DNA from: Bacteriovorax stolpii
GTDB lineage: Bacteria; Bdellovibrionota; Bacteriovoracia; Bacteriovoracales; Bacteriovoracaceae
Length of the DNA stretch: 64,000 bases
Assembly (NCBI GenBank): GCA_945905815.1
Contig: CAMDQH010000008.1
Coordinates: 3,126-67,125, forward strand
Reading direction: 5' to 3'
The notes under the pieces were generated by a model that was not told where the DNA came from, ran no database searches, and saw only the letters and a program-made list of their open reading frames with translations. Made by a program: the position numbers and the translations under genes. Positions 18,726 through 28,974 of this stretch are shown one piece after another; positions within the stretch are counted from its first letter, which is position 1; every line of letters begins with the position of its first letter.

Positions 18726-20589
18726 AAGATTTAAAGCACTTGAGTTCTCTAAATTTGCACCGCTATTAGTTACTTTGGCATTTATTTTAATTTTGATTCA
18801 ATACTCATTTCATCCCCTGGAATCAATTTTTTTAGATTTTTGGGTTAAAAATGATATTTCTTCAAATAGTTTTAAAAACCCAATTGTTCTAATTGCCCTA
18901 GATGAAGAAAGTGACCAGTTTCTTGGCGAAACCTATCCTTATACATATGCCTCACACAATCGGTTGATGAATCGGTTAGTAGAAGACAAGCCAGCAGTTG
19001 TGAATTATTTCGTTTCACTACTTGAACCAGACTCCGATGTTGAGGCCAGGTACCAGACGGAATTTTATGATGGGATTAAAAAGTTTTCTCCAATTGGTGA
19101 TAAATTTAAATTTGGAACAGAAATTGATAACTTTGGGGAACAAATACCTCCCGAGGGATTAAGAGATATTGGGTATAATTTAGGACAGCTTTATAAAGAT
19201 CAGTTGATATTTTCCAAGGATGAAGTTGTTCGACGGGCAATATTAAATATTTCTGGTGAGGATTCTCTTCATTTATGGACTGCTAAAAAATACCGAGATC
19301 TAAAAGGCCTGCCGCAGATTGATGCTACGGCCTATAAAGGTGCTTATTATAATTCTGAAGCGGATGCAAATTTCGCATTATTTAAATATTCAGGAAACCC
19401 AATAAAAAGCGAAGGCTATGTCATTCCCTTCCATCGGGTTGTCGTTGGTAATTTTCCGAAAGGATTTTTTACTGATAAAATCGTACTTATTGGTCCGCAG
19501 TACTTATCAAACACAAATGACTACGTCCTCACTCCGTTTGATAAGGAAAATGCACGTACTCCAAAACTTATGGTACATGCTCATATAATAGAAGCCTTAA
19601 TTTCTGAAAAAACAATCTACGATATTAATGATTTCTACACCCAATTAGCTTCATTATTAATAGCCATTATTCTTTCTTATATCATTTCTAGAGTACAGCC
19701 AGTGAAGGGATTAATGATTACCATTATTCTCATCATAGGAATTTTGTTCATTAGTTATTTTTCATTTATTTCTTTTGGCCTTTGGATCAAGCTGTCGCAC
19801 TTAGTGTTAAGTATTTTTGTTGTTTATTATATCTGGGTACCATTCCGTGCAATTGAAGAATATCAAACACGGTATGCTATTCAAGAAGAAACCAAACTTT
19901 TAAAACAGGTTGATAACTTAAAGCAAAATTTTATTTCTCTTATGAGTCACGATCTTAAAACACCGGTCGCTAAAATTGCTGGGATTGCGGATATCTTAAA
20001 AATTAAATTTAATAACACTCAAGAGCAGACAGAATTAATTGATAATGTGGTTAATTCAACAAAAGAGTTGAATGATTTTATTAATTCCATTTTGGATTTA
20101 ACGAAAATTGAATCTCAAAATCTAACCTTAAGAAAAGAATCTAGGGATGTTAATAAGGTTATTGAAGGAATCTTGACTAAGCTGGAATTTGAAGCGGGAA
20201 ACAAGCAGATCAAAATTGAATCCGAACTTTTGCCCCTATATCCAATTGAGATCGATACTGTACTAATGAATAGGGTTATTTCTAACCTTGTTGAAAATGC
20301 CATCAAATATGCTGGCAAAGGCAAAACTATCTCGGTGAAGACCTGGGATGACCCAACTTGGGTCTATATTGAGGTCAAAGATAATGGTTTAGGCATAAGA
20401 CAGGAAGATTTGGCCCATATTTTTGATAAGTTTTATCGGGTGAAGAATGATTCGACCCACGCAATTAAAGGCTCTGGACTCGGTCTTTTTCTGGTAAAAT
20501 ATTTTATCGAACTCCATAATGGGGTCATTTCTGCTACCTCTCAACTTGGTGAGGGTACTTCGTTTATAATTAAGCTTAAGAATCAATAG
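18679..20589 (+). CDS. sensor histidine kinase with periplasmic CHASE2-like domain
   Basis: 636 aa. One N-terminal TM, a periplasmic region of about 300 aa, 3 TM helices, then the HisKA H-box FISLMSHDLKTPV and HATPase N/G boxes (NAIKYAG, DNGLGI, GSGLGL). Confidence 0.85.
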   Translation: MNGTSSFFLRRRTVFKRFKALEFSKFAPLLVTLAFILILIQYSFHPLESIFLDFWVKNDISSNSFKNPIVLIALDEESDQFLGETYPYTYASHNRLMNRLVEDKPAVVNYFVSLLEPDSDVEARYQTEFYDGIKKFSPIGDKFKFGTEIDNFGEQIPPEGLRDIGYNLGQLYKDQLIFSKDEVVRRAILNISGEDSLHLWTAKKYRDLKGLPQIDATAYKGAYYNSEADANFALFKYSGNPIKSEGYVIPFHRVVVGNFPKGFFTDKIVLIGPQYLSNTNDYVLTPFDKENARTPKLMVHAHIIEALISEKTIYDINDFYTQLASLLIAIILSYIISRVQPVKGLMITIILIIGILFISYFSFISFGLWIKLSHLVLSIFVVYYIWVPFRAIEEYQTRYAIQEETKLLKQVDNLKQNFISLMSHDLKTPVAKIAGIADILKIKFNNTQEQTELIDNVVNSTKELNDFINSILDLTKIESQNLTLRKESRDVNKVIEGILTKLEFEAGNKQIKIESELLPLYPIEIDTVLMNRVISNLVENAIKYAGKGKTISVKTWDDPTWVYIEVKDNGLGIRQEDLAHIFDKFYRVKNDSTHAIKGSGLGLFLVKYFIELHNGVISATSQLGEGTSFIIKLKNQ

Positions 20590-20597
20590 GAGTTTCT

Positions 20598-22100
20598 ATG
20601 CATAAGGTTTTAGTCGTTGATGATGATAAAGTCCTTCAGCAGTCTGTGAAGCAGGCATTAGAGTATCACCACTTTGTGGTTGATGTTGCTGACAATGGAA
20701 AAGAAGCTGTCAATAAGGTCTATGGCCAGAAATATGATCTTGTGGTCATGGATGTCAACATGCCAGAGATGGATGGCATTCAGGCCCTGACTGAAATTAA
20801 AAAACATGATCCTTCAGTTATTGTTTTGATTCTTACTGCATATTCAAACGTAACTGATGCAGTTAAGGCAGTTAAAGAGGGTGCTTATAATTATTTAGAG
20901 AAGCCAATAACTTCAGATAATTTAGTAGCACTTATTAAACGAGCTTTAAAAGCACGTTCAATGGTTGAAACTTTGACATTCTCTTCACCAACTCTTTCTA
21001 TTGGTGAAACGTCAACTTCCAAAGATAAATTCGTTGGCGAATCTAATGCTATGAAAAAAGTTTTTGACGTTATTTCGAAGCTCGCGAAAGTTGTTACTCC
21101 TGTTCTTATTCGTGGAGAGTCAGGTACAGGTAAAGAGCTTGTTGCCAAGGCGATTCATTATAATTCACCCCGCAAAGATGAGAAATTTGTAACAATTAAC
21201 TGTGGTGCTATTTCAGAAAACCTAATTGAGTCGGAACTTTTTGGACACGAAAAAGGTGCATTTACAGGAGCAGATCAAAGAAAAATTGGTAAATTTCAAT
21301 TCGCTGAAGGCGGAACCATTTTCTTGGATGAAATTGGTGATATTTCTGCGGCCATGCAAGTAAAACTTCTACGCGTGCTTCAAGAAAAAACCTTCATGCC
21401 GGTCGGTTCCAATCGCGAAGTTAAGGTAGATGTCAGAATTATTGCGGCTTCACATAAGCCTTTTGAAGAGATGATCAAAGATGGAACATTTCGCGAAGAT
21501 TTATTTTACCGCTTGAATGTTCTTCCAGTTTACCTTCCACCTTTAAGAGAAAGAAAAACTGATATTCCTCACCTCGTTAACCACTACATTAACTACTTCA
21601 ATAATGTTCATAATCTCAAAGTTGGTGGTGCAGAACCAGAAGCAATGGAGATTTTAACTAATTACTCGTGGCCTGGAAATATTCGTGAGCTTCGTAACAT
21701 AATCGAACATTGTTTCATTATGGAAGCTTCCGATATGATTCACCTTCATTCATTACCAGCAATTGTTTTTAAAGATCATAAGAAAACCGAAGCGAAAGAT
21801 CAGATTGCGGCAGATAGTGTAATTGATCTCTCTGATATTCAAAACTCAGTTCTTGATGCCCCTTCGGCCAAAACTTCAACAGGTAATGAAGTTCATTTTT
21901 CTTTTGGGGCGAAAGTCGGTGAGGGTGGGAAGTTAGATTTTGCTTTAGCTAAAGATCTTTTTGAAAAAGAGTTTATCGTTCAAGCTCTAAAGATTAATAA
22001 AGGTAAAATTAATCAAACAGCACTCAATGCGAATATTCCGAAGAAAACTCTTCTTAGGAAAATTGAGAAGTATGAAATTGTGCCAAAAGAATATTACTAG
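20598..22100 (+). CDS. sigma-54-dependent response regulator (NtrC family)
   Basis: REC domain (DDD...D54-like MDVNMPEMDG), AAA+ domain (GESGTGKE, ESELFGHEKGAFTGA, i.e. the GAFTGA loop), C-terminal Fis-type HTH. Confidence 0.92.
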   Translation: MHKVLVVDDDKVLQQSVKQALEYHHFVVDVADNGKEAVNKVYGQKYDLVVMDVNMPEMDGIQALTEIKKHDPSVIVLILTAYSNVTDAVKAVKEGAYNYLEKPITSDNLVALIKRALKARSMVETLTFSSPTLSIGETSTSKDKFVGESNAMKKVFDVISKLAKVVTPVLIRGESGTGKELVAKAIHYNSPRKDEKFVTINCGAISENLIESELFGHEKGAFTGADQRKIGKFQFAEGGTIFLDEIGDISAAMQVKLLRVLQEKTFMPVGSNREVKVDVRIIAASHKPFEEMIKDGTFREDLFYRLNVLPVYLPPLRERKTDIPHLVNHYINYFNNVHNLKVGGAEPEAMEILTNYSWPGNIRELRNIIEHCFIMEASDMIHLHSLPAIVFKDHKKTEAKDQIAADSVIDLSDIQNSVLDAPSAKTSTGNEVHFSFGAKVGEGGKLDFALAKDLFEKEFIVQALKINKGKINQTALNANIPKKTLLRKIEKYEIVPKEYY

Positions 22101-22108
22101 GAATTAAT

Positions 22109-22645
22109 ATGACCCGTTTTTGGTCTCTATGCCTTGTTATGGCGACGTTAATTATTGTGGATCAGCTCTCTAAGGGAGCCATTCAAACAAATTTATATTA
22201 CGGTCAATCTATTCCTGTTATCGATGGTTTTTTCAGTATTGCCTACGTGAAGAATACTGGAGCGGCTTTTGGATTTGGTGCAGGAGCACATGAAATTTTC
22301 CGAATTGTTATGTTTTTGGCCCTACCAGTGTTTTTTTGCGGTTGGATTTTCTACATGTTGATTAAAACTCTTAAAAATCCATTTTACCTTTCTCTTGCTT
22401 ATGCCTTGATTCTTGCTGGAGCAATTGGAAATCTTATTGATCGTTTCTCTTTAGGATATGTGGTGGATTTTCTTCTTTTCTATTGGAAAGATGAGTCAAA
22501 TCATTTCCCAGCGTTCAATGTTGCCGATAGCTGTATTACTGTCGCTGCAGGATTATTAATTATTGATTTCTTTGTGCAGCTTAAGGCAAAAAAAGCAGCT
22601 GATCAAGCAGGACAAAATGCTCCCAATTCTCTACCAAAGCCATGA
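22109..22645 (+). CDS. lspA: lipoprotein signal peptidase II
   Basis: 178 aa with motifs VKNTGAAFG, NLIDR and FNVADS. Confidence 0.9.
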   Translation: MTRFWSLCLVMATLIIVDQLSKGAIQTNLYYGQSIPVIDGFFSIAYVKNTGAAFGFGAGAHEIFRIVMFLALPVFFCGWIFYMLIKTLKNPFYLSLAYALILAGAIGNLIDRFSLGYVVDFLLFYWKDESNHFPAFNVADSCITVAAGLLIIDFFVQLKAKKAADQAGQNAPNSLPKP

Positions 22646-23351
22646 TTTAATCCTTTACTCCTACCCACTCCTAATGGGACTCGGATGGGGATTGGCCTAC
22701 CAGGTTTTTTTTGCCAAAGCTGATATTGACGCAAAATATGGACAGCTTTTGTTTTGGGGGATTTTTGTTTCTTCGTGGATCGGTTCCAAACTCTTTTTTT
22801 ATCTAACGACTCAAGCAATTCATTCTGACAATATTCTTACGCAGGCATCCTTTTGGACAGGTGGTGGGTTTGTTTTTTATGGTGGATTAATTTTTGCCCT
22901 CATATTTTTGGGCCTATACAAATTATTGCATTTCTCCCTCACAATGCGTACTTTTTGGGCCATGCTGCCGGCAGTGACACTTGGTCATGCTATCGGGCGC
23001 GTAGGTTGTTTGTTAGCGGGTTGCTGCTATGGTAAAGAAACGAATATGTGGTGGGGCATACAGCTCCATGGGTCCCACCGACACCCAACCCAGATCTTGG
23101 AAAGTCTCGGTTTATTTTTAATAGCTCTCATCCTTATTAAGACTCGACCATCTTTAAAATCTTTTGCTTTATACTTTATCGGCTATGGTGTTTTACGTTT
23201 TGGTATCGAGATCTTACGTGGTGATACCATTCGAGGTACGTGGGGTATATTAACGCCTTCCCAGTGGATTTCTTTTGGTCTGATTTTTCTAGGGATTGGA
23301 ATTATGTTAATCCATAAAATCAAGTTGTTAGAACAGGCTGAACCAAACTAG
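22617..23351 (+). CDS. lgt: prolipoprotein diacylglyceryl transferase
   Basis: Motifs GRVGCLLAGCCYG, HPTQILES and LRFGIEILRGD. The likely start is ATG 22617 (MLPILYQ...) rather than the track start 22563. Confidence 0.88.
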   Translation: MLPILYQSHDLILYSYPLLMGLGWGLAYQVFFAKADIDAKYGQLLFWGIFVSSWIGSKLFFYLTTQAIHSDNILTQASFWTGGGFVFYGGLIFALIFLGLYKLLHFSLTMRTFWAMLPAVTLGHAIGRVGCLLAGCCYGKETNMWWGIQLHGSHRHPTQILESLGLFLIALILIKTRPSLKSFALYFIGYGVLRFGIEILRGDTIRGTWGILTPSQWISFGLIFLGIGIMLIHKIKLLEQAEPN

Positions 23352-23406
23352 TCAAGTTATAATTAAATTCATCCGATACGAGGTTAGATAAAACCAGGAG
23401 TATTGT

Positions 23407-24621
23407 TTGGAAAATTTAACTAAATTTGATTCGATTCAACCTCGATATCTGCAGCATCGAATTCATTTTAAAATATATCTTGTTATCCTGCTTACTATCT
23501 CTGGACTCATTCTTTCTTTTTGGGGACACAAGTTGTCACAGTCCAGCTTAAGCTCGGTCTATGATGAATACAATGATGAGTTTTGGTTAAGTCTTGCCTA
23601 CTTCATTTCTTTTTCTTGTTACTATGTAATCTGGCTGCGAACACGAATAAATAAAGTTGTACAAGTATTTCCAACTCATCTCTGGGTTCATAGTTTAGGT
23701 AAGAAAGAAGAAATTCTTTTCGAAAATGTCGCTTCAGTTAAAATTATTTTTTGGTCTCTGTTCTATTTTAAGATGAAGGACGGAACTAAACATTACTTCA
23801 GTTCAGCTCTGGAGCGTCTGGATTATATTTGGGAAGGATTCCATCTTGCGAGGCCGACCGTCATTTCCAAAGAAGTGTATGAGGCATTTAGAACAAAACT
23901 TGTTCAATATGATCACCATCAAAAAAGAAAAGAATGGTTTTTTAGACACAAACTGGTTGATATTTTAAACTGGGTAGCTCTTCCTGCAAGCTTTTTAATT
24001 CTGACCCATTTTATTCAAACCAGAGAAATCATCATTAATAACCAGGGGATGTATTTCTTCAGATTGGGTATGTACTCAGTATTAGTAATTATGGTTACAA
24101 CTTTTTTATTTTCAATTGTTCTAAAAAAGTTCATTTTTGACAAGAGATTGAGGCTTCAGTTAAGCACACAAGCTGATGACAAATTAAGAGATCTAGAATT
24201 CGAAGGTATTATTCTACACCGTTCAAAAATAATGCAAATGATTACGGCTTCTTTTATGTTTGCTATGATTATGAGATCGGAGATGAATCTTTACTCACTA
24301 ACTAAAACCAGAGAAGACCTTTCAAATTTTAATTTGAAAAGCGGTCATACACTATTAGTTGACAATCGATACAACTGCCTTACTTGCAAATATCCCGTAA
24401 GAGATGGCGATATTGTAGTCTTTGGACGTGGTACCATTGGGCAAATCATGGCATCAGAAGGTGATATGGTAGGCAAAATCTCTGAAGACAAGACGGGAAG
24501 AATAATCGCTAGTGAAAATATTCAAGAAGTTCCCAAGGGCCATATTGCGATTAAGTTACCGAATCAACAAGAGATCGTGATGGTCAAATTGGGTGAGCTA
24601 ATTGGTCGGATACAAAAGTAA
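23407..24621 (+). CDS. polytopic membrane protein with C-terminal degenerate signal-peptidase-I (S26)-like domain
   Basis: 404 aa. TTG start with an AGGAG SD. The C-terminus SGHTLLVDN...VRDGDIVVF...IGQIMASEGDMV parallels LepB SMMPTLLIGD...KRGDIVVF...IKRAVGLPGDKV (quoted from memory). The general-base Lys position is not conserved. Confidence 0.4.
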   Translation: MENLTKFDSIQPRYLQHRIHFKIYLVILLTISGLILSFWGHKLSQSSLSSVYDEYNDEFWLSLAYFISFSCYYVIWLRTRINKVVQVFPTHLWVHSLGKKEEILFENVASVKIIFWSLFYFKMKDGTKHYFSSALERLDYIWEGFHLARPTVISKEVYEAFRTKLVQYDHHQKRKEWFFRHKLVDILNWVALPASFLILTHFIQTREIIINNQGMYFFRLGMYSVLVIMVTTFLFSIVLKKFIFDKRLRLQLSTQADDKLRDLEFEGIILHRSKIMQMITASFMFAMIMRSEMNLYSLTKTREDLSNFNLKSGHTLLVDNRYNCLTCKYPVRDGDIVVFGRGTIGQIMASEGDMVGKISEDKTGRIIASENIQEVPKGHIAIKLPNQQEIVMVKLGELIGRIQK

Positions 24622-24684
24622 TGCAGATTTTTTTGAAAACTCCTAAAATATAAGAGGTCGCAACTTATTAAAGGAGTTTTCCTC

Positions 24685-25242
24685 TTGAAAAATTTATCTC
24701 AACTAGCTCTGGTTCTACTTCTAATTTTTGGATACGTTTCCAATTCACATGCCGGATTATTAATAGAACCTCTTGTTGGTTTTTCCTACGGTAAACTCAA
24801 TTCCGAATTAACTGGTTCTAGCACCGATACTTCGGGTATTAAAGGCGCTAGTTATGGTGGCCGATTAGGATATCAAAATTTTGGATTGCAACTTGGCTTG
24901 GATTATCTGTCGTCAAATATGACTTATGGTGCTGATGATAATAAGTTTAAAACTTCGGAATTCGGCGGTTTTATTGGTTATGAGTTTCCGGTACTATTAA
25001 GAGTGTATGCAGGCTTTGTATTTTCTGGAACTGGAGAGGATGTTTCTGATTCTACTACTACTGACATTAAGGGGGGAACAGGTCCTAAGATCGGTGTTGG
25101 TCTTACTTTGTTACCTTTCTTGGATTTTAATGTTGAGTATCGAAGTATTACGTATAAAGAAGAAGACCTTGGTAGCGGTGTAAATCTTAACGTAGACTAC
25201 AATGCTGTAATGGTCGGTTTTTCCCTTCCATTCGTTCTCTAA
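24685..25242 (+). CDS. outer-membrane beta-barrel protein (OmpW/OmpA-barrel-like small porin family)
   Basis: 185 aa with a signal peptide, G/Y-rich alternating strands and a terminal aromatic-rich strand (MVGFSLPFVL). Confidence 0.6.
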   Translation: MKNLSQLALVLLLIFGYVSNSHAGLLIEPLVGFSYGKLNSELTGSSTDTSGIKGASYGGRLGYQNFGLQLGLDYLSSNMTYGADDNKFKTSEFGGFIGYEFPVLLRVYAGFVFSGTGEDVSDSTTTDIKGGTGPKIGVGLTLLPFLDFNVEYRSITYKEEDLGSGVNLNVDYNAVMVGFSLPFVL

Positions 25243-25255
25243 CTATTTAAGAAAT

Positions 25256-25291
25256 AAAAAAGGCTCCTTAATGATCTGGAGCCTTTTTTTA
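25256..25291. terminator. bidirectional rho-independent terminator
   Basis: A run, then AGGCTCC, a 10-nt loop, GGAGCCT, then T7, shared by convergent genes. Confidence 0.75.
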
Positions 25292-25675
25292 TTCTGCAAT
25301 CTCTTCTTTTATTTTTTCCAGCTTAGATTCATCGACGTATAAATCTGAACTAAGTGTTTCATTTCCCCAGGCAGTAAACGCATCATCATGTTGGTACATG
25401 GTAATAGTTTCCCACGGGCAATCTTGTGAGCAGTTTTGACAACCAATACAACGAGCGAGATCAATCTCAACCATCTGTTGGTAAGTTGGATTTTTAGGAT
25501 CTGGACCTGGAACAAGTTCAATTGAATCCACAGGACACCCAGCAATACAGACTTCACAACCTGTGCAGCCTGACTGGTGAACGACGGCTATAAGTTTAGG
25601 CGGTTTCTTACCCTTACGGTTAGGTTTAAAGCGGGCCGCATGGAATGGATTTTCTATTTTAATTTCTTCGCTCAT
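25289..25675 (-). CDS. 2x[4Fe-4S] dicluster ferredoxin-domain protein
   Basis: 128 aa with CTGCEVCIAGCP and CIGCQNCSQDCP. Confidence 0.8.
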   Translation of the reverse strand: MSEEIKIENPFHAARFKPNRKGKKPPKLIAVVHQSGCTGCEVCIAGCPVDSIELVPGPDPKNPTYQQMVEIDLARCIGCQNCSQDCPWETITMYQHDDAFTAWGNETLSSDLYVDESKLEKIKEEIAE

Positions 25676-25818
25676 ATTTATGTATTATACACCTAGCTCC
25701 CGAAGCTATAAAGCATTTCCTTATACAATTTGGGCATATCGTGTTTGAATTATATCAGATATTTCACTTCGCATGACGCACTATTTAAAAAATTCTGTTT
25801 AGTTTCAAGGACCTCGAA

Positions 25819-28800
25819 ATGACCACAAGAAAACTACGCTTTGTAACGGCAACCAGCCTCTTTGACGGGCATGATGCTTCGATTAATATTATGCGTAGAT
25901 TATTGCAATCCAAAGGGGTTGAGGTCATTCATCTAGGGCATAACCGATCCGCCCAAGAAGTCGTTGAAGCGGCGTTATCTGAAGACGTTCATGCGATAGC
26001 CCTTAGTTCTTATCAGGGTGGCCACATGGAGTACTTCACCTATGTCCGAGAACTATTGGATAAACATGGCGGAAAAAATATTCGCATTTTTGGTGGAGGT
26101 GGAGGTGTTATCACCCCTCCTGAAATAACTGAACTTCATAAACGCGGGATCACTCGGATTTATCATCCCAACGATGGAACAAGTTTAGGTTTAAATGGAA
26201 TCATTGAGGACATGATTAATAAATGTGAATATTCGACATTAGATAATGTTGATTTTAAGGCCCTTGTTAATAAAAAATTATCGGCTTACGAAGTTGGAAA
26301 AGTTATCACCTTCATTGAAGATAATCGTGAATTTCCATTTCCTGTGAAAGGAAAAGATATTCCTGTCTTTGGTATTACTGGAACAGGTGGTGCAGGAAAG
26401 TCCTCTCTCATTGATGAGATTCTTTTACGGTTCCATCTCTATTATGGCGATAAAAAAGTTGCCTTGGTTTCAGTTGATCCTACTAAGAAAAAAAATCAGG
26501 GTGCTCTATTGGGTGACAGAATTCGCTTGGGAGCAGCAACGTATGAAAATTTTTATATTCGTTCTCTTGCAACACGGGATTCTTCAAATGAACTTTCTCC
26601 AGAAATTAAGAAAGTGGTTGAGTTTTTAAAAACTCAGGATTACGACCTCATCATGATTGAAACCTCTGGGATTGGTCAGGCTTCAGATGAAATTACGAAA
26701 GTCGCAAATAAAACACTTTACGTGATGACGCCGGAGTTTGGTGCGGCTACCCAATTAGAAAAAATCGAAATGCTAGAAGTGGCAGACTTTATTGCCATTA
26801 ATAAGTTTGAAAAACCTAGAAGCGAGGACGCACTAAGAGACGTGAGAAAACAGTATCGTAGAAATAAAGTACTTTTTGCTAATCACCCTGGCTCACCGAC
26901 TGATAATGAACTTCCAATATATGGAACGATGGCGTCAAAATTTAATGATGTAGGCGTCAACGCTCTTTTTAAAGATATAGTTAATGCCATGGGATTCAAG
27001 CCTAATCCAGAGCTTGATAAAGTGCCGTGTGATCGTGCTCCAACTAAAAAACAAGCCGTAATTCCAGCAGCAAGAGTCAGTTACCTCAGAGACATTTCTG
27101 AAACAATTCGTACATATAACCAGTCGGCCCTGAATTCTGTAGAAAAACTTCGTCAATATGAAGCACTTCTAGAAGCCTCTAAAATTATTAATGACAGCCC
27201 TTCGTTAAAAACAAAACAACAAGAACTAAAAGAAGATCTTGTTGTTGAATTAAAAGAGATTGCTGACCTAGACAAGACAGTTAATGAATACATAAAGGGT
27301 GAGCATACTTATATTGTTCGCGGTAAAGAAAATAAAGTACCAACAAAGTATAAATCGCTTTCGCATTCAGATATTTCTAAAGTAGGTTTTCCTAAGATTT
27401 ATTACGCTTCAGAGAAATTGCGTTTTATCCGTTCGCAAAACTTACCAGGTTTTTTTCCTTTTGCGGCTGGAGTATTTCCATTTAAGCGTGGGGACGAAGA
27501 TCCTACACGACAATTTGCTGGAGAAGGTGGCCCTAAACGAACAAATTCGCGTTTTCATTATCTTTCAAAAAATGCCTCTGCTAAACGATTATCAACAGCA
27601 TTCGACTCGGTAACTTTATATGGAGAAGACCCTGCAATCCGACCTGACATCTATGGGAAAGTAGGGGAGTCTGGAGTCTCCATATGCATGCTAGATGACA
27701 TGATGGATCTCTATAAAGGTTTTGATCTTACATCCCCATCTACTTCTGTCTCGATGACCATAAATGGCCCAGCACCAATCATTTTGGCGATGTATATGAA
27801 CACTGCAATAAATGGTGTTCTTCAGAAAGAAGATCAAGAAAATAAAATAAAGATGGCTGAAGTCATGCGACAAGTGCGAGGTACCGTACAGGCCGATATT
27901 CTTAAAGAAGATCAAGCCCAGAATACCTGTATTTTCTCATTAGAATTTTCGCTTAAAATGATGGGTGATGTTCAAGAATTCTTTTGTAGAAATAAAATAA
28001 AAAATTATTATGCCGTTTCAATATCTGGATATCATATTGCTGAAGCAGGAGCTAATCCACTTACGCAACTTGCGCTTACACTTTCTAATGGATTTACGTA
28101 TGTAGAATATTATCTCAGTCGTGGTATGCATATTGATGAGTTTTGCGAGAATCTGTCCTTCTTCTTTTCTAACGGCCTGGATTCTGAGTACACAGTGTTA
28201 GGTAGAGTTGCCCGCAAGATCTGGGCAGTTGCTATGCGAGATAAATATGGAGCATCTGATAAATCTCAGAAATTAAAATATCACATCCAAACATCAGGTA
28301 GATCGCTTCACGCGCAAGAAATAGATTTCAACGACATACGGACTACACTTCAGGCCTTTCTAGCTCTTTCAGATAATTGCAATTCACTTCATACTAATGC
28401 TTATGATGAAGCTATAACCACTCCCACTGAAGAATCTGTACGTCGGGCAATGGCCATTCAGCTCATAATTAACCGTGAATATGGTTTAAATAAAACAGAT
28501 AATCCTCTTCAGGGTTCGTTCATTGTTGACGAGCTCGCAAGTATTGTTGAAGAAGCTGTCCTTATTGAATTCGATCGAATTTCAGATAAGGGTGGAGTAC
28601 TTGGATCTATGGAATCAATGTATCAGCGTGGAAAAATCCAAGAAGAATCGCTCTACTACGAAACACTCAAAGATTCGGGTGAGTTTCCTATTATTGGTGT
28701 AAATACTTTTCTTCCCGAAAAAATTGAAGGCTGGAAGCCGATCGAACTTTCACGAGCATCAAGCGAAGAAAAAAATGATCAAATTAAACGTCTTGAGGGT

Positions 28801-28974
28801 TTCAAAATTAAGCACAAATCCAAGTCGGTAGATTGTCTCGCAAGGCTTCGTGATGTTGCTCTAGCAGGTGGTAATATATTTGAAGAACTTTTGACTACTG
28901 TTCGATATTGTAGTTTGGGCGAAATAACCTCGGTGTTATATGAGGTTGGCGGTCGATACCGAAGGAATATGTAA
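25819..28974 (+). CDS. icmF: fused isobutyryl-CoA mutase IcmF (B12-binding domain + MeaB-like GTPase + mutase barrel)
   Basis: 1051 aa. N-terminal DGHDASINIMRR B12-binding motif, central P-loop GTGGAGKSSL with NKFE (NKxD-like), and a C-terminal mutase substrate domain (e.g. FAGEGGPKRTNSRFHYL). The domain order is the IcmF one. Confidence 0.9.
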   Translation: MTTRKLRFVTATSLFDGHDASINIMRRLLQSKGVEVIHLGHNRSAQEVVEAALSEDVHAIALSSYQGGHMEYFTYVRELLDKHGGKNIRIFGGGGGVITPPEITELHKRGITRIYHPNDGTSLGLNGIIEDMINKCEYSTLDNVDFKALVNKKLSAYEVGKVITFIEDNREFPFPVKGKDIPVFGITGTGGAGKSSLIDEILLRFHLYYGDKKVALVSVDPTKKKNQGALLGDRIRLGAATYENFYIRSLATRDSSNELSPEIKKVVEFLKTQDYDLIMIETSGIGQASDEITKVANKTLYVMTPEFGAATQLEKIEMLEVADFIAINKFEKPRSEDALRDVRKQYRRNKVLFANHPGSPTDNELPIYGTMASKFNDVGVNALFKDIVNAMGFKPNPELDKVPCDRAPTKKQAVIPAARVSYLRDISETIRTYNQSALNSVEKLRQYEALLEASKIINDSPSLKTKQQELKEDLVVELKEIADLDKTVNEYIKGEHTYIVRGKENKVPTKYKSLSHSDISKVGFPKIYYASEKLRFIRSQNLPGFFPFAAGVFPFKRGDEDPTRQFAGEGGPKRTNSRFHYLSKNASAKRLSTAFDSVTLYGEDPAIRPDIYGKVGESGVSICMLDDMMDLYKGFDLTSPSTSVSMTINGPAPIILAMYMNTAINGVLQKEDQENKIKMAEVMRQVRGTVQADILKEDQAQNTCIFSLEFSLKMMGDVQEFFCRNKIKNYYAVSISGYHIAEAGANPLTQLALTLSNGFTYVEYYLSRGMHIDEFCENLSFFFSNGLDSEYTVLGRVARKIWAVAMRDKYGASDKSQKLKYHIQTSGRSLHAQEIDFNDIRTTLQAFLALSDNCNSLHTNAYDEAITTPTEESVRRAMAIQLIINREYGLNKTDNPLQGSFIVDELASIVEEAVLIEFDRISDKGGVLGSMESMYQRGKIQEESLYYETLKDSGEFPIIGVNTFLPEKIEGWKPIELSRASSEEKNDQIKRLEGFKIKHKSKSVDCLARLRDVALAGGNIFEELLTTVRYCSLGEITSVLYEVGGRYRRNM

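Noticed and set aside
22563-22616. Long upstream start for lgt
   Set aside because: It would overlap lspA by 83 nt. MLPILYQ... at 22617 matches the usual Lgt N-terminus.
25676-25818. Expected cobalamin riboswitch upstream of icmF
   Set aside because: The 143-nt region lacks a B12-box-like element or an extended GC-rich structured core.
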